A stretch of DNA of 64,000 bases from Acidimicrobiales bacterium (GTDB lineage: Bacteria > Actinomycetota > Acidimicrobiia > Acidimicrobiales > JAUJNH01), in contig JBBSHS010000001.1 of the NCBI GenBank assembly GCA_038232515.1, positions 36,407 to 100,406 on the forward strand. Direction: 5' to 3'. Numbering within the stretch: position 1 is the first letter of the stretch; every line of letters begins with the position of its first letter. A program made the position numbers and the translations under genes. Shown here piece after piece: positions 1 through 8,612 of this stretch. The notes under the pieces are model-generated. The model saw only the letters and a list, made by a program, of their open reading frames with translations. It had not been told where the DNA came from and ran no database searches.

Positions 1-33
1 CCGTGGCCGGGATGGAACGAACCGGAGGCGGAC

Positions 34-807
34 ATGGCCGAACGAAGCGACTACTCCCCTGGAACACCATCCTGGGTCGACCTCCAGAGCCCCGACATCG
101 ACGCGTCCACGTCGTTCTACGGGGGGCTGTTCGGCTGGACGGCTGACCCAATGCCCGACCCGGAGGCCGGTGGCTACACGATGTTCCGGTTGGCCGGCAA
201 GCAGGTGGCCGGAGTCGGGCCGCAGATGAGCCCGGGCCCTCCAGCCTGGGGCACCTACGTCAGCGTGGCTGACGCCGTCGACACCGCGGCCAAGGCCAGG
301 GCGGCCGGCGGCACAGTGCTCATGGAACCGATGGCCGTCTTCGACGCCGGCCACATGGCCGTGTTCGCCGACCCGCAGGGCGCGGTCGTCGCCGTCTGGC
401 AACCCGGGACGAACCGGGGCGCGGAGCTGGTCAACGAGACGGGGACCTTGTCGTGGAACGAGTTGGCCACCCGGGACATCGAAGGGGCCAAGGCCTTCTA
501 CGGCCAGGTCTTCGGATGGTCGGGCGAGACCCACACGACGGGCCCGATGGTCTATACCGAGTGGAAGCTCGACGGGAGGTCCGTCGGCGGGATGCTGGAG
601 ATGGGGCCGCAGTACCCGCCCCAGGTGCCGCCGCACTGGCTCGTCTATTTCGCGGTGGACGACTGCGATGCCACGGTGGCCAAGGCCCAGGAGCTGGGCG
701 GCTCGGTCACCATGCCGCCGATGGACATCCCCCAGGGCCGTTTCTCCGTGCTCGGCGACGCCCAAGGGGCAATGTTCGCGGTGATCCAGATGTCCGCCGC
801 CACATAG
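34..807 (+). CDS. VOC (glyoxalase/bleomycin-resistance/dioxygenase) family protein with two tandem VOC domains
   Basis: 257-aa ORF with a visible internal duplication (FYGGLFGW... and FYGQVFGW... halves), typical of two-domain glyoxalase-fold proteins; high GC3. Confidence 0.8.
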   Translation: MAERSDYSPGTPSWVDLQSPDIDASTSFYGGLFGWTADPMPDPEAGGYTMFRLAGKQVAGVGPQMSPGPPAWGTYVSVADAVDTAAKARAAGGTVLMEPMAVFDAGHMAVFADPQGAVVAVWQPGTNRGAELVNETGTLSWNELATRDIEGAKAFYGQVFGWSGETHTTGPMVYTEWKLDGRSVGGMLEMGPQYPPQVPPHWLVYFAVDDCDATVAKAQELGGSVTMPPMDIPQGRFSVLGDAQGAMFAVIQMSAAT

Positions 808-915
808 GAGGCGAGACAGCCGACCCGGTGCTCGGGCAGAGGAACCGGACGGGAGGGGTCGGTCCAATCACGGTTGACCCAGGCCTTCTGTCCGAAAGCC
901 CAGGTCGACCGGCGG

Positions 916-1000
916 CGGAGGGGGTGGGATTTGAACCCACGGTGACTTGCGCCACAACGGTTTTCGAGACCGTCCGATTCGGCCGCTCTCGCACCCCTCC
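916..1000 (-). tRNA. tRNA-Ser (anticodon CGA)
   Basis: Reverse complement folds as a cloverleaf: acceptor GGAGGGG/CCCCTCC, anticodon stem ACGGT/ACCGT with loop CTCGAAA, long variable arm, T-arm GTGGG-TTCAAAT-CCCAC; CCA not encoded. Confidence 0.85.
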
Positions 1001-1094
1001 TCGACAACGGCCCGGAGGCTATCGCGGCGTCGTCGCCGGACGGCCGACGTTCATGGCTGCACCCGTCTCAGCTACGGCCAAGCGGTTAGGGCGG

Positions 1095-1631
1095 TCATCC
1101 CTGATGGGGGCCGCCCAGCTGCGCTCGCGACCCCTCGATGGCCTGGCGCACGACCGTTTCCACGTGGGCCGGGTCTATGCCGATGGCCTGGCCGATGTGG
1201 ACCGACCAGATCTCTGAGCGCAGGTTCGTCTCGAAGTCCAACTCACTGCGGATGTCGGCCCGGGCGGCCTGGCGGTTCTGGCTGACCATGACGAAGGTGG
1301 AGAGGAAGATGGCCTCGAGGCTGACGATCATGGTGAGCAGCCCGAAGGGAAACTTGTCGAACTTCAAGGAGGCGCCGGCGAAGCCGACATTCAGCAGGAC
1401 CCACACCGCAAACCAGACGGAGTGGAGGTAGACGAAGTTGAGCGAGCCGGCGAACGCTGTCACCCGGTCGGCTGCCCGGTCCTGGGCCTGTTTCATGGTT
1501 TCGAGGATGCGACGCTCGTTCTTCACCCGGGTGTTCAGCACCGGGAACAGGTTGCCGTCCTCAATCCCGTCGGCCTGGTCGATGGTGCGACAGGCCTTGC
1601 ATTGCGAGGTGGTGTTCTCGGTGTTCGACAT
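1095..1631 (-). CDS. DUF1003 family membrane protein
   Basis: 178-aa ORF; DRVTAFAGS..F..LH..WF..W followed by two TM helices and a FVMVSQNRQ motif as remembered for DUF1003. Confidence 0.75.
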   Translation of the reverse strand: MSNTENTTSQCKACRTIDQADGIEDGNLFPVLNTRVKNERRILETMKQAQDRAADRVTAFAGSLNFVYLHSVWFAVWVLLNVGFAGASLKFDKFPFGLLTMIVSLEAIFLSTFVMVSQNRQAARADIRSELDFETNLRSEIWSVHIGQAIGIDPAHVETVVRQAIEGSRAQLGGPHQG

Positions 1632-1868
1632 GGGCGCAGCTTCGCGCTCAGCCCCAACGGGCGTGGGCCTGGGACCAACGAACGCCGGTAGGACCGTGGG
1701 GCCAATCGATCTGAGGGCACCCGAATCGGCCTGACGTGGAGTTCAGCGCCCACCAACGCCGTGGTCCTCGACCTTGGCCCCATGTCGGCAGGGTAGGGCC
1801 GGGCCGCGTCGTCGTCGTCAGTCCAGGGGCGTAGCCGGTACTGCGCCCGGCGTGGTAGCGGCCACGGT

Positions 1869-2315
1869 TCAACGGTCCGTTGGCTTGGCCCGGCGGGCGG
1901 CGAAGAACTCGGTGAGGAGCTTGGCCCCCTCGTCGCCCCGGACGCCGGCCACGACGGCGGGCTCGTGGTTGAGACGGGGATCGGCGCACAGGTTGTAGAG
2001 CGACCCACAGGCGCCCGCCTTCGGGTCGGCCGGCCCGAAGACGACCCGGGCGACCCTGGCGTTGACCGCTGCTCCCGCGCACATCGGACAGGGTTCGAGG
2101 GTGACGACCAAGGTGGCGCCGTCTAGCCGCCAGGTGCCTACGGAGGCGGCGGCATCTCTCAGAGCCAGGATCTCGGCGTGGGCCGTCGGGTCACCGACCT
2201 GCTCACGTTCGTTGTGGCGGCGGGACACAACCCGGCCGTCGACCACCACCACCGCCCCGACGGGTACGTCGCCGTGGGCCAGGGCCTTCTGGGCCTCGTC
2301 GAGGGCGACGGCCAT
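1869..2315 (-). CDS. tadA: tRNA adenosine(34) deaminase TadA
   Basis: CDA zinc motifs HAEILAL and PCPMCAGA. The ORF track starts at 2507, but homology begins at MAVALDEAQKA (ATG 2315); an upstream GTG start is possible. Confidence 0.85.
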   Translation of the reverse strand: MAVALDEAQKALAHGDVPVGAVVVVDGRVVSRRHNEREQVGDPTAHAEILALRDAAASVGTWRLDGATLVVTLEPCPMCAGAAVNARVARVVFGPADPKAGACGSLYNLCADPRLNHEPAVVAGVRGDEGAKLLTEFFAARRAKPTDR

Positions 2316-2534
2316 GGCGTCCTCGTCGCTCAACCTGGCCACGACCGCTGATTCTGCCAGGACCTGTCGCCGCCACGTCGCCGGACGAACGTGGATGTCG
2401 GGTCCGGCGTGTCGGCCGACCGAGATCAGTTCTACGAGCCCGGCGGATCTGCGAGGCGATCCATCGGGCGTCGAGGCGCTCCCCGCTGGGATGGGCCCAG
2501 TGCGCATCCGGCAGGCCGAGGCAACGGGCGGCCT

Positions 2535-2898
2535 CTACGGGCGGTCGGCCCGTGGCGTGGGTCGGCCCACCCCGGCCATGCGCCGTCCCCGCTCGTCGGT
2601 GAACACCACCTCGTCAGGGCTGCCCCGGGGGGCGTCGGCGTTGCCGGCGATACCCAGGCGGCCCAGGTGGTGAGCTCGATGATGGAAACCGCAGCCGAAG
2701 CCCACGTAGCGGCGGGGCCCGGCCTCGGGCGGCTCGGATGCCTCGGACGGCTCGGTGTCGTCGGGCGGCTCGGTGTCCTCGGGCTCGTCGTGGCCGGCCG
2801 GCGTGGGCGCCGTTGGTGAGCGGCAGTCCCACCATCCGCCGGGCAATGGCCACCAGGCCCTCGGCCCTGGCCGTCGACACCCCGCACACCTCGGCCAT
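2535..2898 (-). pseudogene. hypothetical protein with apparent frameshift (possible HTH N-terminus, acidic P/E/T-rich linker)
   Basis: High-GC3 coding signal switches frame. The N-terminal part MAEVCGVSTARAEGLVAIARRMVGLPLTNGAHAG (ATG 2898, frame of ORF 2614..3123) continues as HDEPEDTEPPDD...RYVGFGCGFHHRAHHLGRLG...DEVVFTDERGRRMAG in the frame of ORF 2535..2960. The junction is at about 2790-2815 in a GGCCGGCCGG run. No family recognised. Confidence 0.35.
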
Positions 2899-2924
2899 GT
2901 CGGCCTCCAGCACCTGTTTTCGAT

Positions 2925-2981
2925 GGGCCCATATGGGGATGAGCGAAGCGCTACAGGCACTGATCACACCCATTTGGGCCC
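2925..2981. repeat. 57-bp hairpin repeat, family 3, copy 1
   Basis: GGGCCCATATGGGGATG...CTGATCACACCCATTTGGGCCC; the arms are inverted repeats. A second 57-bp copy lies at 14973-15029 (39/57 identical by hand alignment, arms conserved). Confidence 0.6.
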
Positions 2982-2997
2982 ATCCAAACAGAGCGCG

Positions 2998-3087
<90 letters not shown>

Positions 3088-3156
3088 AGGCCCGACCAGG
3101 ATAGGCGGAGGCGGAGCAGCCATCGCCCGGATCCCCTAGCATGGAGGCACTGGATC

Positions 3157-3294
3157 GGCCCGCCGCCTGCGTGCGGTGGCCGGGTCCTGCGCAAGGTCGT
3201 GCCGTGAACCGAGTCAGGGCCGGAAGGCAGCAGCTCTCAGCGGATCACCTCCTGTGCCGCAGATCGCCTGGCCATCGCACACAGCCGGCGGGTC
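3157..3294 (+). ncRNA. ffs: signal recognition particle RNA (small/4.5S-type)
   Basis: Conserved domain IV motif TCAGGGCCGGAAGGCAGCAGC (3214-3234, GGAA tetraloop) at the tip of a long imperfect helix whose base pairs CCCGCCG (3159-3165) with CGGCGGG (3286-3292). It sits in the classic position directly upstream of dnaX; exact ends are uncertain. Confidence 0.7.
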
Positions 3295-3409
3295 GCTCCT
3301 GCGTCGGGCAGATCGGGCCGGGCGGCCACAGCCCGAGCCATCGACAGGTTCAAGGCTGACCCGCCTCCGGCGGCCCCGCTGTCGCAGCCACCCCATAGGA
3401 TCAGGGGTC

Positions 3410-5329
3410 GTGTCCGACCTGCCCTACCAGTCGCTCTACCGCCGCTACCGACCGAAGTGCTTGGCCGAGGTGCGTGGCCAGGAGCACGTCGTCAAGGCGG
3501 TGCGCAACGCCGTGCGCGACGGCAAGGTGGCGCACGCCTACCTGTTCAGCGGCCCGCGGGGCACGGGCAAGACCTCCACCGCCCGCATCCTGGCCAAGGC
3601 CCTCAACTGCACCGACCTGCAGGCCGACGGTGACTGTTGCACGGCGTGCGAGTCGTGCCGGGGCATCGAGCGCGGTGTCAGCTTCGACGTCATCGAGCTC
3701 GACGCGGCCAGCAACCGCAAGATCGAGGACGTCAGATCGCTGCTGGAGACGGTGGCCATCGGCACCGGCGGCCAGAAGAAGGTCTACATCGTCGACGAGG
3801 TCCATCAGCTCACCACCGACGCGTCCAGCGCGCTGTTGAAGACGCTGGAGGAGCCGCCCGGGCACGTCGTCTTCGTGCTGGCCACCACCGATCCGCAGAA
3901 GGTGCTGCCCACCATCCGCAGCCGCACCCAGCACTACGAGTTCAAGCTTCTCAACCCGGAGGTGCTGGGCCACCTGGCGGCCGATGTGGCCGCCGCCGCC
4001 GGTCTGGCCCTGTCCGGGCACGACCTCGAGGCGGCCGTGCGGCGGGGCCGGGGCTCGGCTCGCGACACGTTGTCGGTGCTCGACCAGGTGGCCGCCGCCG
4101 GTGGGGCGGAGGACGAGGCCGACGTGGCCGGTGGTGTGATCGACGCCCTGGGCCAGCGCGACCCGCTCGGGTGCCTCGCCGCCGTCGCCGCCGGTGCCGC
4201 CGCCGGGCGCGATCCCCGACGGTTGACCGTGGAACTGGTCGAGCGCCTCCGCAACGCCTTTCTGTCCACCCAGGCTCCCGACCTCGTCGATCTGCCGGCG
4301 GCCGACCTGGCGGCGGTGGCCGACCAGGCCCGGCGGCTGGGGCCGGCTGCCATGGTGCGGGCCATGGAGACACTGGGCGAGGCCCTGGTGGAGATGCACG
4401 AGTCGGTCGACACCAGGGTCACACTCGAGGTGGCCCTGGTCCGCCTGGCCAAGCCCGAGCTCGACACGTCCGTCGCCGCCATCGTCGAACGCCTCGAGCG
4501 CCTGGAGCGGGCCGCCGCCGGACGCCCCCATGCCACGGGCGGGCCGGCTGGCTTCGGGTCGACCGATGGGGTGTTCGGTACGGGCGTGGAAGCCGGTCCC
4601 GGGGCCCCGGATTCGACGGCCGTGGCCGAGCCCGTGGCTGGGGCCGCGGTTGCCGGCCTGGCCGGTCCCGGTGCACCCGATATGGTGCAGCCCACGGCCA
4701 AGTCGCCGGTTCCGCCGCCGTCGGCCGCCGCCGCCGGCCTGGCCGGCCCACGCGCTGCGCTGGACGCAGCGCAGGCCGCGGCCAAGCCGCCCCCACCTTC
4801 GTCGCCGGGCCGCCGGGCCTCGGGCCCGGTCACGCCCCGGCCGCTCGACGGGGCCACGTCGCCGGCCAAGAGCGCACCGGAACCCAGACCGACGGCCGGG
4901 GCCGGCGATCGCGACGACGGGGCCGGCGAGGGCGGCGGCGACGGGCAACCTCCGAGCCGCGAGGCGCTCACCAAAGCGTGGGGCGACGGCCTGTTCGGGC
5001 GCCTGTCGCCCAAGACCAAGGCGCTGTGGGGTGCCGGCCGTTGGGTCACCTTGGGTGGCGGCCGCTCCGGCTTCGCCGTCGACAATGCCCACCAGCGCGA
5101 CCACTGCGACGAGCGGCGGGCCGAGGTCGAGCACGCCCTGCGCGCCCACTTCGGCCGGCCGGTGTCGGTCCGGCTGGTGGTCGACGACGGCGCCGTCGCC
5201 GGTCCTGCGCCTGACGACGAGAGCGACGAGCACCTCGATCCGCATGCCTTGGTGGAAGCGGCCGAAGCGGTAGCCTCGCCGGAAGAACGCCTGCTCCAGG
5301 CCTTCCCCGGCGCCGAGGAGGTCCCGTGA
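3410..5329 (+). CDS. dnaX: DNA polymerase III subunit gamma/tau
   Basis: YRPKCLAEVRGQEHV, Walker A GPRGTGKTS, zinc module CxxCxxC, DEVHQL. GTG start at 3410 after AGGATCAGGGG; the ORF-track extension from 3176 is the SRP RNA. Long Ala/Pro-rich linker. Confidence 0.9.
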   Translation: MSDLPYQSLYRRYRPKCLAEVRGQEHVVKAVRNAVRDGKVAHAYLFSGPRGTGKTSTARILAKALNCTDLQADGDCCTACESCRGIERGVSFDVIELDAASNRKIEDVRSLLETVAIGTGGQKKVYIVDEVHQLTTDASSALLKTLEEPPGHVVFVLATTDPQKVLPTIRSRTQHYEFKLLNPEVLGHLAADVAAAAGLALSGHDLEAAVRRGRGSARDTLSVLDQVAAAGGAEDEADVAGGVIDALGQRDPLGCLAAVAAGAAAGRDPRRLTVELVERLRNAFLSTQAPDLVDLPAADLAAVADQARRLGPAAMVRAMETLGEALVEMHESVDTRVTLEVALVRLAKPELDTSVAAIVERLERLERAAAGRPHATGGPAGFGSTDGVFGTGVEAGPGAPDSTAVAEPVAGAAVAGLAGPGAPDMVQPTAKSPVPPPSAAAAGLAGPRAALDAAQAAAKPPPPSSPGRRASGPVTPRPLDGATSPAKSAPEPRPTAGAGDRDDGAGEGGGDGQPPSREALTKAWGDGLFGRLSPKTKALWGAGRWVTLGGGRSGFAVDNAHQRDHCDERRAEVEHALRAHFGRPVSVRLVVDDGAVAGPAPDDESDEHLDPHALVEAAEAVASPEERLLQAFPGAEEVP

Positions 5330-5808
5330 CGTCTACCCCAGAGCCGCCGGAAGATGTGGTCCATCCCGAGGTGGTGGGTACGCCCGAGGTGGTCCAGCCC
5401 GAGATGCCCGGCGGGCTCGGCGACCTCGACGTGGGCAATCTCGACCTGGGCGGCATCGACCTGGGTGCCATCAACCTGGGTGGGGTCGACATGGGGGGCC
5501 TGCTCGAGCAGGCCCAAGCCATGCAGGCCGGTCTCATGGAGGCCCAGGCCCAGGCGGCCGAGGAGGAGGTCGAGGGGGTTGCCGGTGGCGGCGTGGTCAC
5601 GATCGAGGCCACCGCCGGTTTGGAGTTCCGGGCCGTGCACATCCGACCTGAGGCCGTCGAGGGCGCCAGCCCCGCCGACCTCGAGATGCTCGAGGATCTG
5701 GTGCTGGCTGCCCTGCGCGACGTCGTCAGCCAGGCCAACGAGGTGAGCGCCCAGGCGTTGGGCGGGCTCGGCGGTCTGGGTGGGCTCGGTGGCCTGCTCG
5801 GCGGCTAG
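5326..5808 (+). CDS. ybaB: YbaB/EbfC family nucleoid-associated protein with N-terminal extension
   Basis: Core MGGLLEQAQAMQ...VEGVAGGGVVTIEATAGLEF..V.I.PE. GTG 5326 overlaps the dnaX stop (GTGA) and GC3 is high from 5326, so the roughly 55-aa extension is probably translated. Confidence 0.8.
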   Translation: MTSTPEPPEDVVHPEVVGTPEVVQPEMPGGLGDLDVGNLDLGGIDLGAINLGGVDMGGLLEQAQAMQAGLMEAQAQAAEEEVEGVAGGGVVTIEATAGLEFRAVHIRPEAVEGASPADLEMLEDLVLAALRDVVSQANEVSAQALGGLGGLGGLGGLLGG

Positions 5809-5814
5809 ACCGGC

Positions 5815-6438
5815 GTGGCCAACGTCTACGCCGGACCCGTCCAGGATCTCATCGACGAGCTCGGGCGACTGCCTGGTATCGGCCCCAAGTCGGCCCAGCG
5901 GGTCGCTTACCACCTGCTGAAGCTGCCGGCCGAGGACGCCGGCCGCCTGGCCCGGGCCATCACCACGGTGAAGGAGCGGATCCGCTTCTGCCGCCGCTGC
6001 TTCAACGTGGCCGAGGGCATGCCCGGTGGCGACGAGGTCGAGTGCCGGATCTGCCTCGACGCCAAACGTGACCACACCGTGGTGTGTGTGGTCGAGGAGC
6101 CCAAGGACATCGTGGCCGTGGAGAAGACCGACGAGTACCGGGGTCGCTACCACGTGCTCCAGGGCGCCATAAACCCCCTCGAGGGCATTGGCCCCGACCG
6201 CCTCCGCATCCGTGAGCTGTTCGCCCGCCTCGGTGCCGAGGGCATCGAAGAGGTAATCCTGTGCACCAACCCCAACCTCGAGGGTGAGGCCACGGCCATG
6301 TACCTCGCCCGCCAGTTGAAAGCCCTCGACCTCAAGGTCACCCGCATCGCCAGCGGCCTGCCGGTGGGCGGCGACCTCGAGTACGCCGACGAGCTCACCC
6401 TGGGCCGGGCCCTGGAAGGCCGCCGCCTGGTCGACTGA
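5815..6438 (+). CDS. recR: recombination protein RecR
   Basis: [18 protein letters not shown], Cys4 zinc finger CRRCFN...CRIC, Toprim domain. Confidence 0.95.
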   Translation: MANVYAGPVQDLIDELGRLPGIGPKSAQRVAYHLLKLPAEDAGRLARAITTVKERIRFCRRCFNVAEGMPGGDEVECRICLDAKRDHTVVCVVEEPKDIVAVEKTDEYRGRYHVLQGAINPLEGIGPDRLRIRELFARLGAEGIEEVILCTNPNLEGEATAMYLARQLKALDLKVTRIASGLPVGGDLEYADELTLGRALEGRRLVD

Positions 6439-6473
6439 CGGCCATCGGCCGGTGCCAGAGCGGGTGGTGCACC

Positions 6474-6923
6474 TTGGCGCCGCCTGCCGTAGCGTTCTCC
6501 ACCGTGCGGGCTGGAGACGGGAGCGGTGGGCTGTTGACCCGGATCGACCACGTGGCCATCGCCGTCCACGACCTCGACGCAGCCGTGGCCTACTACGCCG
6601 AGGTCTTCGGGGCGGGGGTCGAGCACCGTCAACGGGTCGAGTCCGACGGGGTGGAGGAGGCCATGGTGCGGCTGGCCGACTCCTACGTGCAGCTGCTCGC
6701 GCCCACCCGGCCCGATTCGCCCGTGTCCAGACATCTGGAGCGGCGGGGCGAGGGGCTCCACCACATCGCCTACCGGGTGGCCGACTGCGCCGCCGCCTTG
6801 GAGACTGTCAAGCAGTCCGGCGCCCGGGTCATCGACGAGGCTCCCCGGCCCGGCAGCCGGGGTACGACGGTGGCCTTCATCCGCCCCGCCTTCGGCACCC
6901 TCGTCGAGCTCGTTCAGGTGTGA
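6474..6923 (+). CDS. mce: methylmalonyl-CoA epimerase (VOC fold)
   Basis: IDHVAIAV.DLD.A..YY...FG, GEGLHHIAY, and the FIRPAFGTLVELVQ C-terminus. The start is uncertain (TTG 6474, GTG 6504 or TTG 6534). Confidence 0.8.
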   Translation: MAPPAVAFSTVRAGDGSGGLLTRIDHVAIAVHDLDAAVAYYAEVFGAGVEHRQRVESDGVEEAMVRLADSYVQLLAPTRPDSPVSRHLERRGEGLHHIAYRVADCAAALETVKQSGARVIDEAPRPGSRGTTVAFIRPAFGTLVELVQV

Positions 6924-6951
6924 CGGCCGTCGGTCCTCCCCGGAGCCTGGC

Positions 6952-7827
6952 GTGAGAGCGTTCCTCATCGACGGCACCTACGAGCTGTTCCGTCATTTCT
7001 TCCCGCTTCCCAGCCACACCACGGCGGACGGCCAGGAGGTGGCGGCGGTCCGGGGCGTGCTGGGCTCGGTCTGCCAACTGCTGGAGCAGGGCGCCACCCA
7101 TGTGGGGGTGGCCACCGACCACGTCATCGAGAGCTTCCGCAACCGCCTCTTTGCCGGCTACAAGACCGGCGCCGGCGTCCCTCCGCTGCTGCTGAGCCAG
7201 TTCGGTCTGCTGGAGCAGGCGTTGATGGCCATGGGAGTCGTGGTATGGGCCATGGTCGAGCTCGAAGCCGACGATGCCCTGGCGTCGGCTGCGGCGGTAT
7301 GCGCAGACGATCCCCGCTGCGATCAGGTGGTCATCTGCACCCCGGACAAAGACCTGGCTCAGTGCGTCCGGGATGGCCACGTGGTGCAGGTCGACCGTCG
7401 GACCGACACGGTCACCGACGAGGCGGGCGTGGAGAAGAAGTACGGGGTGCCGCCCCAGTCCATCCCTGACTGGCTGGCGTTGGTCGGCGACTCGGCCGAC
7501 GGCTTCCCCGGGCTCAAGGGGTGGGGGGCGAAGTCGGCGGCGGCCGTGCTGCGCCATTACCGCCACCTCGAGGACATCCCCGACGCCGTGGGCCAGTGGG
7601 AGGTATCGGTACGGGGTAGCGGCGTGCTGGCGGCCACGCTCGCCGCCCATCGCAGCGATGCCGCCCTGTTCAAGGACCTGGCCACCCTGCGGGTCGACCG
7701 CGCCCTGCTGGCCAGCGCCGAAGCCCTGCGCTGGATCGGCCCCACGCCCGAGCTCGCCGGGCTCTGCGCCCGTATCGACGCCCCCGGCGTGCTCCGCCGG
7801 GTGGAGGCTCTGGCCCGTCGGGTGTGA
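6952..7827 (+). CDS. 5'-3' exonuclease (FEN/PolI N-terminal-like)
   Basis: LIDGTYELFR..F, ATDHV..SFRN..F..YK, EADD, and the H3TH region GDSADGFPGLKGWGAKSA. Confidence 0.85.
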   Translation: MRAFLIDGTYELFRHFFPLPSHTTADGQEVAAVRGVLGSVCQLLEQGATHVGVATDHVIESFRNRLFAGYKTGAGVPPLLLSQFGLLEQALMAMGVVVWAMVELEADDALASAAAVCADDPRCDQVVICTPDKDLAQCVRDGHVVQVDRRTDTVTDEAGVEKKYGVPPQSIPDWLALVGDSADGFPGLKGWGAKSAAAVLRHYRHLEDIPDAVGQWEVSVRGSGVLAATLAAHRSDAALFKDLATLRVDRALLASAEALRWIGPTPELAGLCARIDAPGVLRRVEALARRV

Positions 7828-7860
7828 CGCCGGATCACCGTCACCCTTCCCCGCGGTGCT

Positions 7861-8538
7861 TCAGGCGAACGCAGGGGGCAGAGGAAGCTCCAAGGCGCGG
7901 CGCAGGCGGCGCCGGTACTCCGACCGGGAGACGGCCACCACGCCGAGCGAGCCGAGGTGCTCGGTGCGCCACTGCACGTCCAGCAGCCTGTCGGCGGGTA
8001 TCCCGTCGGCCGCCGTCATCCGCTCGATCAGACCGACGAGCGCCACCTTGGACGCGTCTGTGGCCCGGTGGAACATCGACTCACCGGCGAACAGACCGGC
8101 GACGGCCACACCGTAGAGACCGCCCTCCAGCGTCCCGTGCTCGAGGGACCACGCCTCCACCGAATGGGCCCATCCAAGTCGGTGGAGGCGGACGTAGGCG
8201 TCTCGGATGGCGGGGGTGATCCACGCCCCGTCCCGACCGGGGTCGGCGCACGCCGCCGTCACCTCGTCGAAGGCGGTGTCGACCCGGATCTCGAAGCGCC
8301 GGCAGGCCTTGCGCAGCGAGCGGCTGACCCGCACGCCCGCCAGCGGCAGGATCCCCCGGGGGTGGGGCGACCACCAGGCGATGGCACCACCGTCCAGCGG
8401 CATCGGGAACAGTCCTGCCCGGTAGGCGGACAGGAGGGTGGCCGGCTCCAGGTCCGCCCCGACGCCCACCACCTCGCCGTCAACGGGATCGGCGTCGGCC
8501 GGGAACGCCCATCGGCTGGGCGGTGGCTCAAGGGGCAC
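7861..8538 (-). CDS. aat: leucyl/phenylalanyl-tRNA--protein transferase
   Basis: LLSAYRAGLFPMP, WWSPHPRGILPL, SLRK, AWITP..R.AY..LH.LGWAHSVE.W. Confidence 0.85.
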   Translation of the reverse strand: MPLEPPPSRWAFPADADPVDGEVVGVGADLEPATLLSAYRAGLFPMPLDGGAIAWWSPHPRGILPLAGVRVSRSLRKACRRFEIRVDTAFDEVTAACADPGRDGAWITPAIRDAYVRLHRLGWAHSVEAWSLEHGTLEGGLYGVAVAGLFAGESMFHRATDASKVALVGLIERMTAADGIPADRLLDVQWRTEHLGSLGVVAVSRSEYRRRLRRALELPLPPAFA

Positions 8539-8612
8539 CGGCCCATCCTGCCCACCACCATCGCACCCACGCCCACCCTCCAGGCGCCGGGTACCGGCCT
8601 AGGCTCCCGGGC

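Noticed and set aside
3176-3409. N-terminal 78-codon extension of the dnaX ORF
   Set aside because: The region contains the SRP RNA, and homology to DnaX starts at GTG 3410 behind a Shine-Dalgarno-like AGGATCAGGGG.
3410-5329. Programmed ribosomal frameshift in dnaX (gamma/tau) as in E. coli
   Set aside because: No A-rich slippery heptamer or downstream stop/hairpin arrangement is visible, and actinobacterial dnaX is not known to use it.
3401-6153. Very long antisense/alternative-frame ORFs (for example 3401..5245 -, 3934..6153 -, 3637..5214 +) overlapping dnaX, ybaB and recR
   Set aside because: Their products are Arg/Pro/Gly/Ala-rich low-complexity strings typical of off-frame translation in high-GC DNA. 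The sense frames have clear family motifs. The same applies to similar ORFs throughout the track.
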